Assembly: GCA_002103075.1 (NCBI GenBank)
Contig: DABG01000018.1
Coordinates: 400,836 to 464,835, forward strand
From: Candidatus Gastranaerophilales bacterium HUM_9
GTDB lineage: Bacteria > Cyanobacteriota > Vampirovibrionia > Gastranaerophilales > Gastranaerophilaceae
Direction: 5' to 3'
Length of the DNA: 64,000 nucleotides
This document shows positions 55,125 to 62,609 of the stretch, in pieces. Each line of letters starts with the position of its first letter. Position 1 is the first letter of the stretch. The translations under genes were made by a program, and so were the position numbers. The notes beneath the pieces were generated by a model. The model saw only the letters and a list, made by a program, of their open reading frames with translations, was not told where the DNA came from and did no database searches.

Positions 55125-55952
55125 TTATTTATTAATATTCTTCTTTGCTGTTTCTTTGATTTTTTTAAGGTGTTGTTCAAATGCACGATACCATTTTAGT
55201 TTTTGTTGGAATAATGTTTCATAGCCATCGAATCTGGCATGAGAGATGTTTTTTAATTGGTTGTCGCATAAACTTTCAAGAGTTTCTGCTAGGTATTCTG
55301 CGTATTCTTTTCTGTTTATTTTGTCATCAGCTAATTCAATTACATCACCAAATTCAACCCATACTTCTGGTCTGTTATCTCTCAAGAATAAGTAATCAAC
55401 AGCTACAGGTACAAGGTTAACTTTTCCGTATTTTTTTACAGCTTTTTGTGCGATATATGATAAACCTGATTGAAATTCGATTGGTCTAAAATACGGTGGT
55501 CTAATAATACCCTGAGGAAACAAATACAAGATGTTATCAAGGTTTCCAACCACTTCGACTGAGTATTTTAGAGATTCCATAGAGGCTTGTGGAGATTTTT
55601 TGTTTACGCTAAAAGCTCCGCCACGTCTAAGTAACGGAAAACGATTAAGTTCTTCAACCATTAGTCTAATTTGTTTTTTACATATACGGTTGCAGATATT
55701 GTAACCAACAATTCCGTCCCACCAGTTTGTGTGTGGTGCAAACATAATTGTAGGGATTTCTTTGTTGCGAGCGTTATATTTTTCAACTCCTTTATACCTG
55801 AAGGCATAAAAACGGTTTTCTAACATTCCATAGAAAAATCTATCTGCAACCCATAACCAAAATGGTGATGTTTTTGCAGCTCTAAACCTTTCGTCTTTTT
55901 TCCTCAACTTTGTAGGAGGAACTTCACAATATAACTCGTCTAAATTTCCCAT
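55125..55952 (-). CDS. Lysophospholipid (1-acyl-sn-glycerol-3-phosphate-type) acyltransferase family protein
   Basis: The HX4D motif FAPHTNWWDG and the FPQG block are present. Confidence 0.78.
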   Translation of the reverse strand: MGNLDELYCEVPPTKLRKKDERFRAAKTSPFWLWVADRFFYGMLENRFYAFRYKGVEKYNARNKEIPTIMFAPHTNWWDGIVGYNICNRICKKQIRLMVEELNRFPLLRRGGAFSVNKKSPQASMESLKYSVEVVGNLDNILYLFPQGIIRPPYFRPIEFQSGLSYIAQKAVKKYGKVNLVPVAVDYLFLRDNRPEVWVEFGDVIELADDKINRKEYAEYLAETLESLCDNQLKNISHARFDGYETLFQQKLKWYRAFEQHLKKIKETAKKNINK

Positions 55953-56077
55953 ATAACTATCATATCACTAGATAGGCGGTTTTGTGAATAAGTAAAAAGG
56001 ATTATATTAAAAATTTTTACAAAACTTAGGTTTTGTTTAAAAAAATATGATATACTCTTAAAAAACAAGGAGTTTTT

Positions 56078-56710
56078 ATGAAGAAAATAATAGTTTTAAT
56101 ATCGTTTTTTATGTTAGGAATTCTGCCAGTACTTGCTGATACAATGGTTGTACAGGCGGTGACAGATATTTCTACCGCTAATCCTGAACAAGAGGTTAAG
56201 GTAAGAGTTTTAAGAAATTGTACTTTAGCAGATATGCCTTTGAAAATAGGTGATGTCTTAGAGGGCAAGATGATAGCTACTGATCCTAAACGATTGAAAC
56301 GTGATGCTACTTTTACGTTTTATCCTTTGAGTTGTATTGATTTGAATGGTAAAGTAACAAGATTTTCAATGTTATATTATGGCAAATTTTCTGCAAAGTT
56401 TGAATTAGATGTAGGAAAGGTTGCCGAAAGTGCGGTTGTATCTGTAGCGAATCATTTTGTTAAAGGGATTGGAACAGGGTTTTATGCTGTTCAGGGTGCT
56501 GTGAAGAATAAAGACGGTAATCCAATAAAATCAGCAGTGGTTAATGTGTATGAAAATTCTATTCTTTCTTATGCAAACAAAGGTGAAGAACTTACGATAC
56601 CTAAAGATAGTGTGTTTGGGTTGAAGTTTTCTGAATGTGAAAATGAACCATTGAGCGATGAGGAAAAAGAGGAACTTCAAAATATTCAAGAACAACAGAA
56701 GAAGAAGTAA
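56078..56710 (+). CDS. Hypothetical secreted protein
   Basis: The signal peptide is MKKIIVLISFFMLGILPVLA. No motif is recognised. Confidence 0.6.
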   Translation: MKKIIVLISFFMLGILPVLADTMVVQAVTDISTANPEQEVKVRVLRNCTLADMPLKIGDVLEGKMIATDPKRLKRDATFTFYPLSCIDLNGKVTRFSMLYYGKFSAKFELDVGKVAESAVVSVANHFVKGIGTGFYAVQGAVKNKDGNPIKSAVVNVYENSILSYANKGEELTIPKDSVFGLKFSECENEPLSDEEKEELQNIQEQQKKK

Positions 56711-56763
56711 AATTGAAACAATAATCTATGATAGTTTCAGGGGCTCTCAAAAGTTTTTATACA

Positions 56764-56935
56764 CGTCATTACGAGGAACGGAGTGACGTGGTAATCCAGA
56801 AAAAGCCTTTTTATGTACGCAGAACCGTTGATTTATGGATTGCCACACTTAATACATTACAAACTGTTCAATCGCTCGCAATGACGGTTTAAAATTATCA
56901 TGGACAGTAGTGGAACTAGTTTCGGAATCCCTGCG
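56764..56935. repeat. Mosaic extragenic palindromic repeat cluster K
   Basis: A complete long W unit (cgtcattacgaggaacggagtgacgtggtaatccag...ttatggattgccacacttaatacatt...ctcgcaatgacg), followed by the X module aaaattatcatggacagtagtgg and a partial ttcggaatccctgcg. Confidence 0.92.
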
Positions 56936-56964
56936 TACATAATAAAAACAATTTATCCAATTTA

Positions 56965-56995
56965 AAAACCTTAGTCCATAAAAGACCAAGGTTTT
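56965..56995. terminator. Hairpin terminator between convergent genes
   Basis: Stem aaaaccttagtc/gaccaaggtttt with one mismatch, T-rich on both strands. Confidence 0.5.
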
Positions 56996-57026
56996 GGTTT
57001 TATTAGATATTTTCAGTTATTCTTAT

Positions 57027-57386
57027 TTATTCACTTAGTGATAGAAGTGATTTAACAGAGCTTGCGTTTTCTCTCACTTCTTGAACAGAGTGCATATTGA
57101 TTGTATCGTCAAGAATTCTGATTGCTTCTGACTTGTCTTCAAGAGCAAGAATTTCATTAACTGTACTCATTGCAACTACTGGACTCATATCGTTGATGCC
57201 TTTACCTTCGTTTATGATAACAACTTTTAATGAGTCGTGAATATTTTTTCTAACTAATGCTTGTGCTGTTCTTTCTCTGATTTCAGCATCAGCAGAGTTT
57301 GTTCCCAATTCTTCTAAAACAGCGATTGATTCTGTATCTTCGTGTGATTCTAATGCACTGATGATTTTTTCTATAGTACTGTTCAT
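57027..57386 (-). CDS. Small acidic HEAT-like helical protein
   Basis: A 119-aa ORF whose ATG overlaps the upstream stop in TAATG. It has HEAT-like text DAEIRERTAQALV and VQEVRENA. Confidence 0.6.
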   Translation of the reverse strand: MNSTIEKIISALESHEDTESIAVLEELGTNSADAEIRERTAQALVRKNIHDSLKVVIINEGKGINDMSPVVAMSTVNEILALEDKSEAIRILDDTINMHSVQEVRENASSVKSLLSLSE

Positions 57387-57916
57387 TACGCAGCCACCCT
57401 TTCTTTACCAAGTGCACTTTCTAAACTGATTTTTGCATTTTCAGCCAACCAAGTTGAACGTAAGTCTTGAACAGATGCTTTATTGTTAATATGTTTAGTT
57501 GCCAAAATTTTTGGACCGTTAGCTTCTTCTAAATGTTCAATATTATGGCTATGAAAAACGCTAGAAATTTTGTCTTGTACATTTCTACCCATTTCAGCGA
57601 TAGAGTTTTTAGTAGCTTTCATAGCTGCTATTCCATTGTTGAATGTTTGTTTAACATTGTGAGCAAACTTCACGATTGGTTGAGTGATGCTTGTTTTGAA
57701 GTTGTTCATAGCACCAACTACTGCACTAGCAACCATTTTTATTTTGCTTGGCTTTTGTTCAATCGGTTTAATAGATTGGAACACGTCAGCGAATGGTAAT
57801 ACGCTACCTGTGAATGATTTGCCTTTAAAACTATTATGTTCAAATGGATTTGTAGATGTTTTTTTATTAATACTTAGAGAACCGAATTTTGCCCCTAATA
57901 TAGCCTTGATTTCCAT
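57386..57916 (-). CDS. Hypothetical protein (N-terminal SFKGKSFTG motif)
   Basis: A 176-aa ORF translationally coupled to the downstream 119-aa ORF. There is no signal peptide. Confidence 0.6.
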   Translation of the reverse strand: MEIKAILGAKFGSLSINKKTSTNPFEHNSFKGKSFTGSVLPFADVFQSIKPIEQKPSKIKMVASAVVGAMNNFKTSITQPIVKFAHNVKQTFNNGIAAMKATKNSIAEMGRNVQDKISSVFHSHNIEHLEEANGPKILATKHINNKASVQDLRSTWLAENAKISLESALGKERVAA

Positions 57917-58126
57917 ATATACTACCTCGTTTATGTGATATTTAACACTTCTAGCATAACATTTACAAATAAAAACAAATCATCTATATGGTGTAGATTG
58001 TTTTGTAACCTGATTTTTAAACATTTTGTAAATAAATGTAACGAAAATAACCCGCCGTGAAATTGAGAAAAGTGTATATACTTTATATATATGTAAGCAT
58101 TAAATAAACACGAAAGTGAGAGAGCG

Positions 58127-58294
58127 ATGTCAGTAATTAACACATACGACATAAATGCGAAAGCAAACATAATTTCTGAAGAGTTGAAAAAAGTTGACTC
58201 AGCAGAAAGTGACGAATCTTGCATATTGTATAAGGAAATGCAGCTTATGGCAATGAACAATATGCAAAGATTTAAACTAGGTTTAAAAAAATAA
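58127..58294 (+). CDS. Possible small ORF (55 aa), below the ORF-track threshold
   Basis: MSVINTYDINAKANIISEELKK... is followed by its own plus-strand terminator at 58330..58359. The SD is weak (gagag). Confidence 0.35.
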   Translation: MSVINTYDINAKANIISEELKKVDSAESDESCILYKEMQLMAMNNMQRFKLGLKK

Positions 58295-58329
58295 CTTAAC
58301 TCAACTTAATTCCCACTAACTTAATTTTA

Positions 58330-58359
58330 GCGTCTGATTATTCTCAGTCGCTTTTTTTT
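58330..58359 (+). terminator. Rho-independent terminator (plus strand)
   Basis: Stem gcgtctga/tcagtcgc with one mismatch and loop ttattc, followed by T8. Confidence 0.6.
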
Positions 58360-58371
58360 GCGGATTTTGTT

Positions 58372-58403
58372 CAAAAAAGACGGGTCGAAATTTTCGACCC
58401 GCC
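58372..58403 (-). terminator. Rho-independent terminator of the 104-aa gene (minus strand)
   Basis: Stem cgggtcgaaa/tttcgacccg, with a T-run on the minus strand (A-run 58372..58378 on plus). Confidence 0.75.
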
Positions 58404-58426
58404 TTAAAACTTTTTACGATAAAAAA

Positions 58427-58741
58427 TTAGTTACCATAAACTCTTGTAGTTAGTTTTTTGAAACCGCAAATGTTTTTTACGTGTGTATCATAGTAAGTAA
58501 TATTTGAAATTTTACCGTTTTTAGCAGCAGCATTTACACTGCAATCGCCTAAAGCAACGATACCAAAGTAACTTGTTGCAGTTGCAACACCTCTTTTGCT
58601 TGCAGAACCGTTAGCAAAACCAACACCAGCTTCTGTAGCATCTTTGTATACGAAACCGCAAACACCTTCAGCCATAGCTGCTTGTGCGTTAACAAAACCA
58701 AATGCTGCTAAGATAGCTAATACACCTAACATCTTTTTCAT
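58427..58741 (-). CDS. Small secreted protein, TRL-like family candidate
   Basis: Signal peptide MKKMLGVLAILAAFGFVNAQA, with the mature part containing GDCSVNAAAKNGKISNITYYD. The family assignment is from memory only. Confidence 0.55.
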   Translation of the reverse strand: MKKMLGVLAILAAFGFVNAQAAMAEGVCGFVYKDATEAGVGFANGSASKRGVATATSYFGIVALGDCSVNAAAKNGKISNITYYDTHVKNICGFKKLTTRVYGN

Positions 58742-58914
58742 AATTTTCTCCCTCTTATCTAAATAATGTTAAACATGATAGTTCATAAACGAATATACCA
58801 TTTTAGCTTGTATTTTGTCAATAATTTCAAGTTGATTATTAAGAAATGCTTAATACACTTGGGGGATTGAGAAAATAGTTGTATAATATAATCGTAGTAT
58901 AGAAGGAGAAAATT

Positions 58915-59649
58915 ATGGCAAATCCAATATTGAACGACAACTTTGCTTCAGCACAGGCTGGTGATAGAGTTATTGTAGGTGGAACGATGTCTGTGTCAGG
59001 TACAATCGACAAAGCATTTTTGATGTTCTTATGTGCGTTTATTCCTGCAGCTTATACGTGGCAACAGTTTACGCTAGGTTTTACAGATAAAGTTAGTATG
59101 TTGATGATGATAGGACTTATTGTAGGCTTTGTATCTGCACTGATAGCTTCATTTACTCGTAACAAAATTTTTATGGTGCTGTATGCAGTGTGTGAGGGAT
59201 TATTTTTAGGTGGTATTTCTGCTGTATTTAATCAGGCATACCCTGGAATAGTTCTTCAAGCAGTTACTGCAACATTTGCTGCGTTGTTGTCAATGCTTGG
59301 GTTATATAGATTTAATATAATTAAATGTACAGATAAATTCAGAAGCATTATATATATTTCAACAATATCAATAGCTGTTTTATACTTAATGCAGTGGATT
59401 GCATCATTCTTCCATTATAGCATTCCGTTTATTTTTGGTAACGGTACATTTGGAATTGGTTTTAGTGTTGTAGTTGTTGGTATTGCAGCATTAAACTTGA
59501 TTTTAGACTTTGATTTTATCGAAAAAGGTGTTCAAAACATGTTACCAAAAGATTTTGAATGGTATGGTGCATTTGGACTTATGGTTACGTTGGTTTGGTT
59601 GTACCTAGAAATTCTTAGACTTTTGGCAAAATTAAGAGATAATAATTAA
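58915..59649 (+). CDS. Bax inhibitor-1/YccA-like integral membrane protein
   Basis: A 244-aa ORF with 6-7 predicted TM helices. The MANPILN.. N-terminus is typical of the BaxI_1 family. Confidence 0.7.
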   Translation: MANPILNDNFASAQAGDRVIVGGTMSVSGTIDKAFLMFLCAFIPAAYTWQQFTLGFTDKVSMLMMIGLIVGFVSALIASFTRNKIFMVLYAVCEGLFLGGISAVFNQAYPGIVLQAVTATFAALLSMLGLYRFNIIKCTDKFRSIIYISTISIAVLYLMQWIASFFHYSIPFIFGNGTFGIGFSVVVVGIAALNLILDFDFIEKGVQNMLPKDFEWYGAFGLMVTLVWLYLEILRLLAKLRDNN

Positions 59650-59753
59650 AAGTTTTATTGGGAATTTATTAAAATTAAAAAAATCTGCTTGAAACATAGC
59701 AGATTTTTTGTTGTTGAAATGGCAAAAAAAATTATTAGAAGTGTTATATAAAT

Positions 59754-61562
59754 ATGCGTATCAATCCATTTATTACAACTCCAAATCTTTTGAATCTTCA
59801 ACAAAATAGACAGTATTGTTTTTTTAAACATAATAATTTATCGCCATTAAAACAAGATACTGTTAGTTTTGGTGCGATGAAAAAACAAGAGTTTTCAGGG
59901 ATTGATAGAGTATGTGTAGATAAATTCAAAGCTCCAATTGAGAAATTTAATACAAATGAGGATTTGCAAGATTGGGCAGGTGAAAAACTCCAAACAATTT
60001 TGACAACTGATTATGAAGGGCGTAGAGAAGAAACTCAAATTCAACGAAAAGCGTTGATAAAAGAATGGGGAGATTATTTAACAAAAGAAAATGATGCGTA
60101 TAACAAAACGGCAGGTTTATTGGTGATGTCTGCAATCACAAAGGATTTAGAACCAAATAATGATGAATTGCCACCGTGTTTGAATAAAGGTGTTCTTGCT
60201 GATGTGATGTCAAAAGTTGATAATGGTGAAAATGTAAATATACTAAAAGAGTATAAGACTGGGCTTAGACATCAGTACTTTGATGAAACCAAAACGGTTG
60301 GGACGGGTAAAGAATGGATAGAAATTCCGTCAAAAGAACATGACCCAGAAAATTTTGAAAAGAATGTTGATAAATTAAAAACTTTATCCCACAAAAACTG
60401 GTGTACACATAGTTTTAACGCAGAACCATATCTATCAGAGGGTGATTTTCATATTCTATTAGATAACGGAAAACCAAGACTTGGTGTGAGGTTTTATGAG
60501 GATACAATTGCTGAAATTCAAGGTGTGCAAAATAATAGTCAAATTCCGTTGGAGTATTTTGAAGATGCAAAAGAGCATGTAGAAAAAAATAATTATGAAT
60601 TGGATTATAGAGCGATTGATGAATTTGAGGACGCTGAAATTAAAAAAGAAGAATGTGAAGAAGCAAAAAAAGTACTTCAACCAGCAATAGAAAAAAATGA
60701 TTTTCCTAAAATTTTAGATTATTTTCATATCAAATCAAAAGAGGATAAAGATGGGTTTTATACTATTTCCCATTATGATTTAAAGCATACAGGTCGTGGA
60801 ATTAAGCCTGCTGATTTAGGGGTAAATGAAGATGCAATGTTTACAAAAATAAAACGTATCGAAGGCAAGATGAATTTAGAAGGTTCAAAACTAACGGATA
60901 CAGGAGAATTGGAAAGCATTGGTGGTTATACAACTATCCCAAATTGTGAACTAAAATCTTTAGGTAAAATTAAACACATAAAAGATGGTTTAGATATAAG
61001 TTATTCTCAATTAACAGATTTAGGTGATTTAGAAAAAGTTTATGGAAGTTTTAAGGCAGAAATGTCAGGGTTAAAAAGTTTGGGAAAACTGAAATATATT
61101 AGCGGGCATGCTGATTTTAGAGATTCACAAATAAAAAATTTGGGTGAACTTGAGTATATTGGTGGAAGTGCAAATTTTAATTATTCACCAATTGAGGATT
61201 TAGGAAATCTAAAATTTATTGGTGGCAAAGCTACCTTTAATGATAAAATAAAGAGTTTAAAAAATTTAGAACGAATTGAAGGTAGTGCTGATTTTACTGA
61301 TTCTGTGGTTGAGGATTTGGGGAATTTGAAATACATAGGGTTTAATGCTATTTTTAGTAAAGATGCAACAAAACAGTTAAATTCGATTTTTGCACCGCAT
61401 AATCCGGAGTCATTAAAAAAAGAGCCTGAACAAAAATATAATAAACCGACAGCGAAACGCTTGAAGAATTTGAAGGTTAAATCATTCAGAATAAAAGGTT
61501 CAAAACTAAGAAGAAGTGACTTTTTTAATGTAAAAATTGACGGTCAACTCATAGCTGATTAG
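59754..61562 (+). CDS. Lineage-specific 602-aa protein: PcfJ-like central region plus C-terminal leucine-rich repeats
   Basis: NWCTHSFNAEPYLSEGDFHILLDNGKPRLGVRFYEDTIAEIQGVQNN is PcfJ-like. About eight repeats of 22-23 aa follow, with pattern L..LG.L..IGG.A.F. The N-terminus is MRINPFITT and there is no signal peptide. Confidence 0.7.
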   Translation: MRINPFITTPNLLNLQQNRQYCFFKHNNLSPLKQDTVSFGAMKKQEFSGIDRVCVDKFKAPIEKFNTNEDLQDWAGEKLQTILTTDYEGRREETQIQRKALIKEWGDYLTKENDAYNKTAGLLVMSAITKDLEPNNDELPPCLNKGVLADVMSKVDNGENVNILKEYKTGLRHQYFDETKTVGTGKEWIEIPSKEHDPENFEKNVDKLKTLSHKNWCTHSFNAEPYLSEGDFHILLDNGKPRLGVRFYEDTIAEIQGVQNNSQIPLEYFEDAKEHVEKNNYELDYRAIDEFEDAEIKKEECEEAKKVLQPAIEKNDFPKILDYFHIKSKEDKDGFYTISHYDLKHTGRGIKPADLGVNEDAMFTKIKRIEGKMNLEGSKLTDTGELESIGGYTTIPNCELKSLGKIKHIKDGLDISYSQLTDLGDLEKVYGSFKAEMSGLKSLGKLKYISGHADFRDSQIKNLGELEYIGGSANFNYSPIEDLGNLKFIGGKATFNDKIKSLKNLERIEGSADFTDSVVEDLGNLKYIGFNAIFSKDATKQLNSIFAPHNPESLKKEPEQKYNKPTAKRLKNLKVKSFRIKGSKLRRSDFFNVKIDGQLIAD

Positions 61563-61588
61563 TTTTTATCAATATTTTTAAATTGTAG

Positions 61589-61618
61589 GTCGTGTTCAAC
61601 GGTTTGATTGAACACGAC
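61589..61618. terminator. Bidirectional hairpin terminator between convergent genes
   Basis: An 11-bp stem gtcgtgttcaa/ttgaacacgac with an 8-nt loop. Confidence 0.7.
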
Positions 61619-61625
61619 AAAAACA

Positions 61626-62117
61626 TTATAATTTGAAGTCGCCGTTTTTCTTTATGTGTTCAACAAGTCCACCGTCTTCTAGCATCTTAATCATCACAGG
61701 TGGTAACGGTTCAATAGATATCATAACCCCTTTTGTAAGGTTGTTGATATACCCTTTTTCTATGTCTAAATCTAATTCGTCACCTGCATCAATTGCATCT
61801 GTATCACATTCGATTGCTAACAAACCAATATTGATTGCGTTTCTATAAAAAATTCTTGCAAATGATTTTGCTAGAACTGCACTTACTCCAGAAATTTTGA
61901 TAATCTGTGGGGCGTGTTCTCTTGAAGAACCTAATCCAAAGTTGTTCCCAGCTACAACAAAATCACCTTTTTTCATCTGTGAGGCAAAATTTGGGTCAGC
62001 ATCTTCTAAAACGTGTTTTGCAAATTCAGGTAAATTTGAACGCAAGTGGAACAATCGTCCTGGGGCTATATGGTCTGTTGAGATATTATCTCCGAATTTG
62101 AATGCTTTTCCTCTCAT
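61626..62117 (-). CDS. leuD: 3-isopropylmalate dehydratase small subunit (LeuD/aconitase swivel domain, type 2)
   Basis: FGDNISTDHIAPGR and GLGSSREHAP are present. Length is 163 aa. Confidence 0.85.
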   Translation of the reverse strand: MRGKAFKFGDNISTDHIAPGRLFHLRSNLPEFAKHVLEDADPNFASQMKKGDFVVAGNNFGLGSSREHAPQIIKISGVSAVLAKSFARIFYRNAINIGLLAIECDTDAIDAGDELDLDIEKGYINNLTKGVMISIEPLPPVMIKMLEDGGLVEHIKKNGDFKL

Positions 62118-62162
62118 CTTACTCTCCTTTTTAGTCTTATTATGACAATTTTTATTAAATAA

Positions 62163-62181
62163 GAGGGGTTAGAAACCCCTC
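62163..62181 (-). terminator. Hairpin terminator downstream of the 99-aa gene
   Basis: Stem gaggggtt/aacccctc with a 3-nt loop, T-rich downstream on the minus strand. Confidence 0.5.
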
Positions 62182-62209
62182 AAAAAATCTTGAACTACAT
62201 AATGAAGAA

Positions 62210-62509
62210 TTATTCAAAACGAATATCTTCAGTGGCTTGAAGTTGTTTTTTTCTGATTGAATGCATTGTTGCATCTACTAATAATTGATAAGAACTATTG
62301 CTGATTTCAGGGAAATCTGTTCTTATCTGTTCGCCGACCATCGCTTCTAGCCTTCTTGTGTCAGCTAATGATTGTAGTTCTACATCAGAGGTTAACATGT
62401 CTACATAATCTCTACGAACGGTTCTTTGTGATTGGCTGAATGCTGACCACAATTCCTTTGGATTAATGTTACGAATCTTTGATATTGATTTCTTCACATT
62501 TTCAAACAT
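62210..62509 (-). CDS. Hypothetical protein
   Basis: A 99-aa ORF preceded by aggag. No motif recognised. Confidence 0.5.
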   Translation of the reverse strand: MFENVKKSISKIRNINPKELWSAFSQSQRTVRRDYVDMLTSDVELQSLADTRRLEAMVGEQIRTDFPEISNSSYQLLVDATMHSIRKKQLQATEDIRFE

Positions 62510-62609
62510 GTTATTCTCCTACACACTGTTATACTTATTTAAGTATTATTATAAAAAATTATTAACATACTTTTGCAATAATTTTACAATTTTTTACAAA
62601 TTAAGTCTA

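Noticed and set aside
57931-58260. ORF 57931..58260(-), 109 aa
   Set aside because: It has low-complexity hydrophobic translation and no SD. It conflicts with the plus-strand small ORF, which has its own terminator. It is probably non-coding on this strand.
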